Assembly (NCBI GenBank): GCA_947587775.1
Contig: CANPYD010000001.1
Coordinates: forward strand, 1-43,170
From: an uncultured Clostridia bacterium
GTDB taxonomy: Bacteria; Bacillota; Clostridia; Christensenellales; Borkfalkiaceae
Length of the DNA: 43,170 bases
Direction of reading: 5' to 3'
In this document: piece by piece, positions 1 to 9,133 of the stretch
Numbering within the stretch: position 1 is the stretch's first letter
Layout: each line of letters opens with the position of its first letter
The notes under the pieces: model-generated
Told to the model about the DNA's origin: nothing
Database searches by the model: none
Seen by the model: the letters and a program-made list of their open reading frames with translations, nothing else
Position numbers and translations under genes: made by a program

Positions 1-356
1 TCCTCCGCGAGAACGGCATATCCCTCCCCGCCGGCGACCGCAAACGCCTCCCGACGCTCGCTGACCGAAATCTCCACCGTGGAGGGAAACTTCTTTTCGA
101 TCTTTTCCACCTTCATGCAGGGGTACGCTTCCACCACCCCGCGCACTTCTTCAAGATCGAGGAAGGCCGTGCTCGAACCGACATATTTGTTGAGCTCCGT
201 TTTGAGCGACGCCGCATCGCTCTCGCCATCCGCAGAGTAGACGAGAAAGTCCGTCTGTACCAATGTGACCGTAAAAACGGCGTTGAGCCCTGCCGCAATG
301 GCCGCGGCAAGGAGCAAAAAGGAAACGACGGTCGTGATCAGCACCCGCTTCTTCAT
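1..356 (-). CDS. ftsQ: Cell-division protein FtsQ/DivIB-like, N-terminal part (gene continues past left edge)
   Basis: Absent from the ORF track because there is no stop in the window. Reverse-strand ATG at 356-354, with a GGGAGG SD 5 nt upstream. Translation MKKRVLITTVVSFLLLAAAIAAGLNAVFTV... gives an N-terminal TM anchor followed by a POTRA-like segment (...VEKIEKKFPSTVEISVSERREAFAV...). Lies at the distal end of the dcw cluster. Confidence 0.6.
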   Translation of the reverse strand, partial: MKKRVLITTVVSFLLLAAAIAAGLNAVFTVTLVQTDFLVYSADGESDAASLKTELNKYVGSSTAFLDLEEVRGVVEAYPCMKVEKIEKKFPSTVEISVSERREAFAVAGGEGYAVLAE

Positions 357-374
357 CGGTACCTCCCGTGCGCC

Positions 375-1631
375 CTACATGCGCACTCTTTCGATCTGTG
401 CCCCGAGGGAGCGAAGTTTGCCCTCGAGATCGGAATATCCCCTGTCGATATGGGTAAGGTCGAGCACTTCCGAGACGCCCTCCGCCGCAAGTGCGGCAAT
501 CACAAGTGCGGCGCCGCCGCGGAGATCCCCCGCCGTCACGCTCGCCCCGTGCAACCCCTTGACGCCTCTCACAAATGCCGTCCGTCCGCGCACTTCGATG
601 TCTGCCCCCATCTTCTGGAGTTCGGGGACATATTTGAAGCGCGTTTCAAACAGATTTTCGACGATGAGCGCCCCGCCCTCGCAGACGGTATTGAGCGCCG
701 TGATCTGCGCTTGCAGATCGGTCGGGAATCCGGGGAAAGGCATCGTCTCGATGCGGCGGTTGCATTTGAGCCTGCCGTAACTCGACAGTCTTATTTTATC
801 ATTTTTTGTATGGATCTTGCAACCGTTTTCGCGTAATTTATGTAAAAGCATGCCGAGATTCTCGCCCGAGACCCCCTCCACTTCCACTTCGCCGCCGCAA
901 ATGGCGCAGGCGATGAGGAAGCTCCCGGCTTCGATGCGGTCTTTGATGGGAGTATATGTAACGCCGCCGAGGGATCCGACGCCCTCGATCTCGATGACGT
1001 CCGTTCCCGCGCCCCTGATCTTCGCCCCCATTTTGTTGAGAAAATTCTGAAGATCGACGATCTCGGGTTCCTTTGCCGCCCCTTGAAGTACCGTTCTTCC
1101 TTCGGCTTTCACCCCCGCCAGCATGATGTTTTCCGTCGCCCCAACGCTGGGAAAATCGATGGCAATCTCCGCGCCCTTCAGTTTTTCGCATTCGCAATAG
1201 ATGTAGCCGTCCCGCTCGACGATATCCACGCCCAGCCGTTTGAGTGCGTTCAGATGCAGATCGATGGGACGAAGCCCGATGTCGCACCCGCCCGGATAGG
1301 CAATGACGGCGCGGCGGAACCTTGTGAGAAGGGATCCGAGCATAAAGACGGAAGAGCGTAATTCCCGCGTGAGAACCGAGGATATGATGTGGCTGTGGGC
1401 ATTGGAGCTGTCAATGACGACGTTTCCGTCCTCAAAGCGCACCTCCGCACCGAGTTCCCTCAAAATCTGCGCCATACAGAAGGCGTCGGCGATCGCAGGC
1501 GTTTCACAGATCGTGACTTGTTTATCCGTCAGAACGGACGCCGCAAAGAGCGGAAGGACGGAATTCTTCGCCGATTGCGTCTTGACGCTGCCAAAGAGCC
1601 GCCTACCCCCGTCTATGATAAATTTATCCAT
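375..1631 (-). CDS. murA: UDP-N-acetylglucosamine 1-carboxyvinyltransferase MurA
   Basis: 418-aa ORF. N-terminus MDKFIIDGGRRLFGSVKTQSAKNSVLPL and active-site loop AYPGGCDIGLRPIDLH are typical of MurA. ATG start confirmed at 1631. Confidence 0.93.
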   Translation of the reverse strand: MDKFIIDGGRRLFGSVKTQSAKNSVLPLFAASVLTDKQVTICETPAIADAFCMAQILRELGAEVRFEDGNVVIDSSNAHSHIISSVLTRELRSSVFMLGSLLTRFRRAVIAYPGGCDIGLRPIDLHLNALKRLGVDIVERDGYIYCECEKLKGAEIAIDFPSVGATENIMLAGVKAEGRTVLQGAAKEPEIVDLQNFLNKMGAKIRGAGTDVIEIEGVGSLGGVTYTPIKDRIEAGSFLIACAICGGEVEVEGVSGENLGMLLHKLRENGCKIHTKNDKIRLSSYGRLKCNRRIETMPFPGFPTDLQAQITALNTVCEGGALIVENLFETRFKYVPELQKMGADIEVRGRTAFVRGVKGLHGASVTAGDLRGGAALVIAALAAEGVSEVLDLTHIDRGYSDLEGKLRSLGAQIERVRM

Positions 1632-1654
1632 GGTTATCTCCTCATGTATTTCTG

Positions 1655-1690
1655 AAAAATGCGGAAAAACCCGTCTTACGGGCGCCGCAT
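1655..1690 (-). terminator. Compound hairpin plus T-tract between ftsW and murA (possible partial terminator/attenuator)
   Basis: Reverse strand, directly after the ftsW TAA: ATGCGG-CG-CCCGT-AAG-ACGGG-TTTTT-CCGCAT-TTTT. Outer 6-bp stem and inner 5-bp stem, followed by T4. Confidence 0.35.
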
Positions 1691-2851
1691 TTACTTGTAC
1701 ATCTTATGAATTTTTCGCCTCTCGTTGTGCCTTGACACGCCGTAGACGATCCCCATCCCCGCCATCGTGACGATGAGCGAAGTGTTCCCCGCCGAGATGA
1801 GCGGGAGCGGAAGTCCCGTGGGCGGGATCGTTCCGCTGACTACGAGGGCGTTGAGCGCAGACTGCACGGCAAAGGCGAGCGTGATCCCCGAGACGAGCAT
1901 ATAACCGTAGAAGCTCTCGCAATTCCTTGCGATCCTGAATCCCCGCCAGACGACAAACCCGATGAGAACAAAGAGCGCGAGAACACCCAAAAAGCCCACT
2001 TCTTCCGCAATGACGGCGAGGATGAAATCACTTTCCGCAAAGGGAAGAAAGCGGAACTTCTGCCGCGATTTGAACAGCCCAACACCGAAGAATTCCCCGT
2101 TGCCGAGCGCATAGAGGGATTGGATGAGCTGGTACCCCTCCCCCCGCGGCGACGCCCAAGGGTCGAGATAGGCGGAGAGCCGTTTGAGCCTGTACGGCTC
2201 GGCAATGATAAGCGCGGGAACCGCCAAAAGCACGGGAATGCAGATACACAAAAGGCTCTTCCACGAGGCGCCGCTCAAAAAGATCATGCCGATCATGATC
2301 GCCCCCACGCACATCGTGACCGACATATTCGGCTCGAGCATGATGAGGACGCAGATCGCGATTCCCGCCGCAAGCACGGGCAAAATGCCTTTGAAAGAAC
2401 GCATGCGCGCGGGATCCTTCGCAAAATAACCCGCCGTAAAGAAGATAAAGCCGTATTTTGCGATCTCGGACGGCTGGATGGTGAAGGAGCCGAACCCGAT
2501 CCAGCGCGTCGCGCCGTAGTTACTCTTCCCGAGTCCCGGCACAAAGACGAGAGCGAGAAGGATCAGGGAAAGGATGAGGGCGGGAAGCCCCGCCCTTCTG
2601 AATTTTCCGTAGGGAACAAAGGAGATCCCGACGAGCGCCGCAAGCCCGAAAAGAAACCCGACAAGCTGTTTCTTGAAGAAGAAAAAGCGGTCTCCGTACT
2701 GGACCTCCGCGTTATAACAGCTTGCGGAATAGACGAACACGAGCCCGAGCGCGGCGAGCAGAATCACCGCACCGAGGAAGAGAAGATCCCCCTTCCCCGC
2801 GCCGTCATTCGTCCTCTTCAACCGTCGCCTCCTTCGGGACGGAGAGCGCAT
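1691..2851 (-). CDS. ftsW: SEDS-family peptidoglycan polymerase FtsW/SpoVE
   Basis: 386-aa polytopic membrane ORF directly after murD in the dcw cluster. An AAGGAGG SD sits 6 nt before an in-frame TTG at 2821, so the true start may be 2821 rather than ATG 2851. Confidence 0.88.
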   Translation of the reverse strand: MRSPSRRRRRLKRTNDGAGKGDLLFLGAVILLAALGLVFVYSASCYNAEVQYGDRFFFFKKQLVGFLFGLAALVGISFVPYGKFRRAGLPALILSLILLALVFVPGLGKSNYGATRWIGFGSFTIQPSEIAKYGFIFFTAGYFAKDPARMRSFKGILPVLAAGIAICVLIMLEPNMSVTMCVGAIMIGMIFLSGASWKSLLCICIPVLLAVPALIIAEPYRLKRLSAYLDPWASPRGEGYQLIQSLYALGNGEFFGVGLFKSRQKFRFLPFAESDFILAVIAEEVGFLGVLALFVLIGFVVWRGFRIARNCESFYGYMLVSGITLAFAVQSALNALVVSGTIPPTGLPLPLISAGNTSLIVTMAGMGIVYGVSRHNERRKIHKMYK

Positions 2852-4206
2852 TTCCCGCTTCGCTCTTCAAGAGCTCGAGCATTTCGCAAAACCGCTTTCC
2901 GCGCTCCTCATAACTTGTAAAGGCATCGAAACTCGCGGAAGCGGGCGAAAGCAGAACGTTTTGCCCCTTTCCCGCCGTCAGATAGGCGACGCGGACCGCA
3001 AGATCGAAGGGACGGCAGAGCGTGACGGCGGAGAAGCCTTTTTTGAGCGCCGCATTGAGAATGCGGAAGGCGTTTTCCCCATAGATCACGGCATGCACGA
3101 CGCCCGAATCCTTGATCGCGTCGAAGAGCGGTTCGTAAGAATAGCCCTTATCCTTCCCGCCGAGAAGGATCACGCTCTCCCCCTTTACGCTCCCGACCGC
3201 CTTGATCGCGGAATCCACGTTGGTCGCCTTGGAGTCGTCGATAAAGGTGATCCCGTTGAGCTCGCCGACCTTTTCGAGACGGTGCTTGACACCGCGGAAA
3301 TTTTTGAGCGCCGTCCGGATAGACGTAGTGTCCGTCCCCATGAGTTTGGCTGCCGCGATCGCAGCGAGCGCGTTCGCACGGTTGTGTTCCCCTTCGAGGG
3401 GAAGATCGCCCGCCGGGAACAGCCGTTCCCCGTACCAACAGAAGCAATCATCCTGCAAATACGCCCCTTCCACGCGCTCGCGGAGGGAAAACCAAACGAT
3501 CTTCGCCTTCGTCTTTTCCGCAAATCCGCGCACGATCGGGTCGTCATGATTCAAAACCGCATATTCGCTCTCCGCGGAATTTTTGAGGAGACGGGATTTC
3601 AGATAGATGTAATTTTCCATGTTATAGTGGCGGTTGAGATGATCTTCCGTCACATTGAGCACGACCGCAACGTGCGGGCGCAGCGAATAGAGCGTCTCGA
3701 GCTGGAACGAGGAAATTTCAAGCACTGCAAGCCCGTCCTCGCCGAGTTCCTGCAAGCAGGAAGTGAGCGGACGCCCCACATTGCCGCAGGCGATCGCCTT
3801 TTTCCCCGCCGCGCGGAAGATCCCCTCGAGCATGGTGACCGTCGTCGTCTTCCCGTTCGTGCCCGTCACGGCGACGCTCGGGCAGTGCAGATCCGTTGCG
3901 CCGAGCTCTGCTTCCCCGATGATGCGCTTCCCCGCCCGCTTGAAGGCTACGGGAAGAGGATGATCGACGGGGATCCCCGGCGAAAGAACAAGGATATCGC
4001 ATTTTGCGACCGCTTCTTCGAGCCCCTCTTTTTTTTACGGGCGTACAGCCGATCTTGGAAAGGCGGTCGGCCGCTGCGCGGACGTTCTCGTCCTCGACGT
4101 CGTCGTATACGCTGACCTTGGCGCCGCGCGAGATGAGATACTCGCCCGCTGCGACCCCGGAACGGGACAGTCCCGCGACAAGAAAGGATTGCTGGGTATA
4201 AAGCAT
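2805..4206 (-). CDS. murD: UDP-N-acetylmuramoylalanine--D-glutamate ligase MurD, reading frame interrupted by a 1-nt indel in an A8 run
   Basis: Two track ORFs make up the gene. 3718..4206 carries the N-terminal Rossmann part (MLYTQQSFLVAGLSRSGVAAGEYLISRGAKVSVYDD...). 2805..3869 carries the GTNGKTTT P-loop. The downstream frame stays open and MurD-like (EGLEEAVAKCDILVLSPGIPVDHPLPVAFKRAGKRIIGEAELG...) up to the homopolymer at 4029-4036. Removing one A fuses both parts into one protein of about 466 aa. Confidence 0.88.
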
Positions 4207-4249
4207 CCGGAATTCTCCTTATCTCCCCGCGGCTTCTCCCGCGCAGGAG

Positions 4250-5197
4250 TCAGGCGAAGGGAAGAAGAAGCGTAAGTCCCAGCACCGCCGTGGAAATCGC
4301 ATATCCGTACGAGATTTTCGCCTCGGAAAAGCCCTTTTCCTGAAAATGGTGGTGAATGGGCGCCATCAGAAAGACCCTTCTGCCTGTCCGCTTATAGTGT
4401 ATGACCTGAATGATGACGGATATGCTTGACAGAACGAATACGGCGCCGAGAATGGGGATCGCAAGGGCATTCCCCGAGAAAAGCGCGACGCTTGCCGCAA
4501 ACCCGCCGAGCGAAAGGGAGCCCGTATCCCCCATAAACACGCTTGCGCGGGAAGTATTGAACACGAGATACGCCGCAAGTGCCCCCGTAAGGCAGAAACA
4601 CAGCGAGGACATCTCCCCCGTCCCCTCGAGGCGCAGAAGGATCCCGAAGATCAAAAAGAAAAAGGCGCAGGACGACCCCGCAAGCCCGTCCAGCCCGTCC
4701 GTGAGATTCACGCTGTTGACCGTTGCGAGAAACACAAACACGCCGAGCGGCAGCATCCACCAGCCGATATCGACGACGATCTTCGTATAGGGAATGTAGA
4801 GGAGCGTCATGCCGCCCAAAACTGCGTAGACACCTGCGATCACCGCAACGGCGAACTGGAAAAAGAGCTTTTGGTACGGTCTCAGTCCCAAATTTTTCCC
4901 GCGCTTTTTTTTGAGAAGGTCGTCGAGAAATCCAACCAAAAGATACCCGACGCCCACGGCGATACAGACGGCAAAGGGCCTGTCCGAGACACCGCAGAAC
5001 GCGAGCGCGACGACGGCGGCGGCAAGAATAAAGCCGAGACCCCCCATCGTAGGCGTCCCGCTCTTATCCTTATGCTCTTTGACGTACTGTAAAATATTCT
5101 GCCCCGCCTTTAATTTTTTGAGAAGAGGGATCTCGGCGGCGCAGAGCAAAAGAGAGAGCGCAAAAGAACAGAGGAGAAGGAGAAGAATATCACGCAT
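4250..5197 (-). CDS. mraY: Phospho-N-acetylmuramoyl-pentapeptide transferase MraY
   Basis: 315-aa polytopic ORF with the NLTDGLDGLA and MGDTGSL motifs. Overlaps the murE stop by 8 nt. Confidence 0.95.
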   Translation of the reverse strand: MRDILLLLLCSFALSLLLCAAEIPLLKKLKAGQNILQYVKEHKDKSGTPTMGGLGFILAAAVVALAFCGVSDRPFAVCIAVGVGYLLVGFLDDLLKKKRGKNLGLRPYQKLFFQFAVAVIAGVYAVLGGMTLLYIPYTKIVVDIGWWMLPLGVFVFLATVNSVNLTDGLDGLAGSSCAFFFLIFGILLRLEGTGEMSSLCFCLTGALAAYLVFNTSRASVFMGDTGSLSLGGFAASVALFSGNALAIPILGAVFVLSSISVIIQVIHYKRTGRRVFLMAPIHHHFQEKGFSEAKISYGYAISTAVLGLTLLLPFA

Positions 5198-6623
5198 TTT
5201 TATCTCCCGTCAGCGCCTTGATCACAGCCTTATCCGTGTAGGCGTACCTGATCCCCATGATCTCCTGTTCCGTCTCGCCGCCCTTGCCCGCAACGAGCAG
5301 GACATCCCCCTTTTTCAGTTTCCCGACCGCGTAAGCGATGGCTTTTTCCCGCTCCTCGACGGCGACATAATCGCGGCTCACTTTCCTGTATCCCTCCTCG
5401 ATCTCGGCGATGATCGCGCACGGATCTTCGTAGCGCGGATTATCGGAAGTAATGACGGCAAAATCGCATAATTTTGCGACCGTTTCCCCCATCAGGGGAC
5501 GCTTTGCCCTGTCGCGGTTCCCGCCGCAGCCGAACACGACGATGAGATCCCTCTCGGTGTGTTCCCTGAGCGTTGCAAGCGATTTTTCCAGCCCGTCGGG
5601 CGTGTGCGCAAAGTCCACAAAGATCTCCGCGCCCCGATATGTGCTCACCCGCTCGAGCCGTCCTTCCACATGGACTTCCGCAAGCCCCTCTGCGATCTTT
5701 TCCATACCCACGCCGAGGAACTTCGCGCATGCTGCGGCGGCGAGCGCGTTGGAGACGTTGTATCTGCCCGGCATGAAGAGCTCCGCTTCGCAGAGATCGT
5801 CCTCGAGATTGAAGAGCGATTGGCTCCCCGAAAGCGTCTCTCCTTCGATCAGGGCAAAACAGTCGGACGGCTCGTCGATGCCGTACGTCTTATATCGCCT
5901 GCATGTTTTTGCGATCTCGGCGGAAAACGGGTCGTCGCTGTTGAGCAGCGCCAGACGGCAACGGGAAAAGAGCGATTTTTTCGCCTCTCCGTAAGCCTGC
6001 ATGTCCGCAAAAAAATCGAGGTGATCCTGCGTGAGATTGGTAAAGACCGCAATGTCATACAGGATGGGAAGTTCCTTTTTCAAGGCAAGGGCATGGGCGG
6101 AGACTTCCATCGCGACTGTCTCCACGCCCGCTTTTTTCATATCGGCGAGCAGGGAAAAGAGCGCGACGGGGTCGGGCGTCGTGAGCGCGGGCGCGATATT
6201 GACGCCGCAATAGGACGCGCCGAGCGTTCCGATGAGCCCCGCTCTCTTCCCCGCGGCTTTCAGGATCGAATGAAGCATATGGGTGATCGTCGTCTTTCCG
6301 TTCGTCCCAGTCACGCCGACGAGTTTCATGCCGCGTTCGGGGTGGCCGTAAAAGGCAGCCGAAATCTGCGAGAGCGCCTCTCTGCCGTCGCGGACGAGGA
6401 TACAGGGCAGTTCCGTTTCGAGTTTGTGCTCCGCGACGAGTGCGCACGCCCCTCTGCGCTCCGCTTCCTTTGCGTAAGTGTGAGAGTCCTCCTGCGTCCC
6501 GCGCATGCAAAAAAAGAGGTCTCCCGTCCCCGCAACGCGGCTGTCCGTGCAGAGCGATGAGATCTCCGCGTCCCTTCCGATGAGTGTGCCCTTTGCTTCC
6601 GCGGCAAGATAGGATAATTTCAT
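5190..6623 (-). CDS. murE: UDP-MurNAc-L-Ala-D-Glu--2,6-diaminopimelate ligase MurE
   Basis: 477-aa Mur ligase with a GTNGKTT P-loop. The C-terminal SDNPRYEDP (DNPR) motif is characteristic of meso-DAP-adding MurE. ATGA overlap with the PBP stop. Confidence 0.9.
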   Translation of the reverse strand: MKLSYLAAEAKGTLIGRDAEISSLCTDSRVAGTGDLFFCMRGTQEDSHTYAKEAERRGACALVAEHKLETELPCILVRDGREALSQISAAFYGHPERGMKLVGVTGTNGKTTITHMLHSILKAAGKRAGLIGTLGASYCGVNIAPALTTPDPVALFSLLADMKKAGVETVAMEVSAHALALKKELPILYDIAVFTNLTQDHLDFFADMQAYGEAKKSLFSRCRLALLNSDDPFSAEIAKTCRRYKTYGIDEPSDCFALIEGETLSGSQSLFNLEDDLCEAELFMPGRYNVSNALAAAACAKFLGVGMEKIAEGLAEVHVEGRLERVSTYRGAEIFVDFAHTPDGLEKSLATLREHTERDLIVVFGCGGNRDRAKRPLMGETVAKLCDFAVITSDNPRYEDPCAIIAEIEEGYRKVSRDYVAVEEREKAIAYAVGKLKKGDVLLVAGKGGETEQEIMGIRYAYTDKAVIKALTGDKNA

Positions 6624-8317
6624 GTCACTTCCTCCGATGGTTGCAGATCCATGATATCGATGATCCCCCGAAAAATCTCCCCCGCGCAGGGTGCGGCGAC
6701 CGTACTGCCGTAATAGGAACCCTGCGGTTCATCCACGATAACCAGTGTTAAATATTTTGGTGCATCTGCGGGAAAATATCCGACAAAGGAAGAGACGTAC
6801 TTCCCCTGTGCGATCCGCCCGTTTTCATATTTTTGCGCGGTGCCCGTTTTCCCCGCGACGCGGTATCCCTCGATGTATGCCTTTTTGCCGCTTCCGTCGC
6901 GGACGACCCCCTCGAGCATGTTTGAAAGAATGTGTGACGCTTCCTCGCTCACCGTGCGGCGGAGGAGTTTTTTCTCTGTCTTTTGGCTGACGCTCCCGTC
7001 CTCCGAAAAGATCTCCGCAACGAGGCGGGGCGCGTAGCAATACCCGCCATTGACCGCTGCGGCGGCGGCACAGGCGAGCTGCAGCGGCGTGACCGCGATC
7101 GTCTGCCCGAATCCGATGCGCGCCAGGTCGCAGTCCCGCACGATGCTTTCCGGCAAGAGCATTCCGATGGATTCCCCCGAAAAGTCGATCCCCGTCGCCC
7201 TGCCGAAGCCGAACGCCTCGAGATATTCATAAAAGGTCTCCTTCCCAAGCGCGAGTGCGATGTCCACAAAACAGGGATTACAGCTGTTGTTGAGCGCTTC
7301 CGCAAGCGTTTGGTTGGAATGCTTGCCGTTTTTATGATCGCTCCAGCAGCGGATCGTCGTGCCATCCACCGAGCGGGTACGGGAAGAGGAATACACATAA
7401 TTCAAAGGCAGGGCGGAGGGATTTCCCCTGAGCCCCTCTTCGATGTTCGAGACGGCAGTTACGATCTTGAAGGTGGAACCGGGCTCATAGATATCGGACA
7501 CCAGACTGTTGCGGGAGAGCGCATTGAGAGCGGAAATATCCTTTCTCGGAATATCGTTGAGATCGTAGGAGGGAAGATTCACCATGGCAAGTACGGAAAA
7601 ATCAGTGGGATCGAGCACGATCGCCCGCGCCGCCTTTGCCTGTGACGACAAAAGTACTTTCCCCATGACTTCCTCGGCGAGCGACTGGATCCGCCTGTCC
7701 ACGGTGAGCCGAAGGCTCATCCCTTCCTCGGCGGCAAGATATGCAGCAGTTGCGCCTTCGAGATCTACACCGACAAGATCGGTCTCATAGAGGATCTCCC
7801 CGTCTTTCCCCGCCAAAAAGCTGTTATAATATCCCTCCACGCCCGTCGTCCCCGATCCGTCGAAGGAAGTAAATCCGAGCAGCTGGCATGCAAGCGAACC
7901 GTAAGGATAGACGCGGATATCGTCACGGGAATAATAGACCCCTTTGATGTTTTGCTCCGCGAGCGCTTCCACTGTCTCCTTTCCCGTCTTTCTGAGCAGG
8001 ACGATCTCCGACTTGCTCTTATCCGTAAGTTTTCCGAGCAGTTCTTCGTAAGTCAGCCCGAGCGCAGCGGAAAGCGTACGGGCGCTCTCTTCCGCGTCCT
8101 CAACGGCGTTCGCACGCGCGTAGACGGTATAAGCGGCGGTGTTCCCCGCAAAGAGTTCCCCGCGGACGTCATAGATCTTTCCCCTTCCCGCATGGATGGG
8201 GATCTCCCTTGTCCACTGGTCGAGGGCAAGACTGTGCAGCTGATCCTTCCAAATGACCTGTATGTAGAAAAATCTGCCCAAAAAAAGACAAAAAAGAAAG
8301 GCTATCGCCAAAATCAT
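6620..8317 (-). CDS. ftsI: Class B penicillin-binding protein (FtsI/SpoVD-type transpeptidase)
   Basis: 565-aa ORF with STFK (SxxK), SCN (SxN) and KTGT motifs, in the dcw position after the ftsL-like gene. The frame stays open upstream of the ATG (see finding on the start codon). Confidence 0.9.
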   Translation of the reverse strand: MILAIAFLFCLFLGRFFYIQVIWKDQLHSLALDQWTREIPIHAGRGKIYDVRGELFAGNTAAYTVYARANAVEDAEESARTLSAALGLTYEELLGKLTDKSKSEIVLLRKTGKETVEALAEQNIKGVYYSRDDIRVYPYGSLACQLLGFTSFDGSGTTGVEGYYNSFLAGKDGEILYETDLVGVDLEGATAAYLAAEEGMSLRLTVDRRIQSLAEEVMGKVLLSSQAKAARAIVLDPTDFSVLAMVNLPSYDLNDIPRKDISALNALSRNSLVSDIYEPGSTFKIVTAVSNIEEGLRGNPSALPLNYVYSSSRTRSVDGTTIRCWSDHKNGKHSNQTLAEALNNSCNPCFVDIALALGKETFYEYLEAFGFGRATGIDFSGESIGMLLPESIVRDCDLARIGFGQTIAVTPLQLACAAAAAVNGGYCYAPRLVAEIFSEDGSVSQKTEKKLLRRTVSEEASHILSNMLEGVVRDGSGKKAYIEGYRVAGKTGTAQKYENGRIAQGKYVSSFVGYFPADAPKYLTLVIVDEPQGSYYGSTVAAPCAGEIFRGIIDIMDLQPSEEVT

Positions 8318-8385
8318 GGCAAATAACCTCTTTCGTAAAAGCGTAACGGAATATTGGTCTTTGATGAGAGCTTCCTCCCTTACGG

Positions 8386-9093
8386 CTACGCCTCGCCGCG
8401 GATCATCCCGCTGCTCTGGGCGTATTCGTCGATATAATTCGGGTCATGGAAACCGTCGAGCTCTTCGCGGATCTTCGCATAGCGCTCGGAAAGATCGGTG
8501 AGTTCGCTGTTACGGGCGGCGATCCTGGCGTCCATGGAATTGAGGATCCCCGTATTGATGCACACGAGTGCGATCGCCACGACAATCGCTGCCGCGATGA
8601 TGGAGAGCACCAGCTTCGTCCTTGCCGAAAGCGAAGCAAAAAAACCGACGTGCTCCTCTTTGTGAATCATCGTGGGCGTATCTTCCGCCCGATAGATCCG
8701 TTGCAGCGTCTGCATCGTGCGCCTTGTGGGAAGAAGATCTTCGTCATTTGTCACATCTTCCGTCTCGGGTTCGGCGGCGGGCGCAACGGCAACCGCTTCG
8801 GGTTCGGCGATGCGGTGGTCTTTATAGTCGGTGAAGGATTCGGTACGGACGGGTGCCGTGCGCTCCTGTACGGCGGCACGGGTCACCTGCTCCGCGGCGG
8901 GCTCGGCAGGTGCAGCGGGGCGCGCCGAAAAAGTCGCCGCATAGTCCTCCGCTACGGCTTCATCACTCGTTTCAGCGGAGAAAAACCGCTTGTAGAGCTC
9001 TTTCATGCGCATATCATGGGCGATCGCTTCGGGTGATTTTTCCACCGTAGGCGTGCTCGCATTCGATACTCTATCTAAAATTGCCTGAGCCAT
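8386..9093 (-). CDS. FtsL/DivIC-like septum protein with long acidic/Pro-Ala-rich N-terminal extension
   Basis: 235-aa ORF with a GAGGAG SD. It has a single TM (LVLSIIAAAIVVAIALVCINTGIL) followed by a short coiled-coil tail (RIAARNSELTDLSERYAKIREELDGFHDPNYIDEYAQSSGM), typical of FtsL. Occupies the ftsL slot between rsmH and the PBP gene. Confidence 0.55.
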   Translation of the reverse strand: MAQAILDRVSNASTPTVEKSPEAIAHDMRMKELYKRFFSAETSDEAVAEDYAATFSARPAAPAEPAAEQVTRAAVQERTAPVRTESFTDYKDHRIAEPEAVAVAPAAEPETEDVTNDEDLLPTRRTMQTLQRIYRAEDTPTMIHKEEHVGFFASLSARTKLVLSIIAAAIVVAIALVCINTGILNSMDARIAARNSELTDLSERYAKIREELDGFHDPNYIDEYAQSSGMIRGEA

Positions 9094-9133
9094 AACTATC
9101 TCCTCGTTTTATTCTATTCGACAAAATGTCTGT

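Noticed and set aside
368-386. GTGCGC-N7-GCGCAC hairpin spanning the murA stop codon just before the ftsQ SD
   Set aside because: The stem is a short 6 bp and could arise by chance in GC-rich sequence. There is no T-tract. At most it is a minor modulator of coupling.
4029-4036. Programmed ribosomal frameshift in murD
   Set aside because: The required shift is +1, whereas A-rich heptamers classically promote -1 slippage. There is no downstream stimulatory structure and no precedent I know of for murD. A sequencing indel or transcriptional slippage is more parsimonious (kept as a finding for verification).
2961-4115. 384-aa forward ORF opposite murD, and similar ORFs at 5559..6560, 30286..31500, 33115..34215, 35957..36856, 39998..41047, 41913..42656 and 11940..12659
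   Set aside because: Each lies antisense to a gene with diagnostic motifs. All are Arg/Asp/Glu/Gly-rich and lack SD-led starts.
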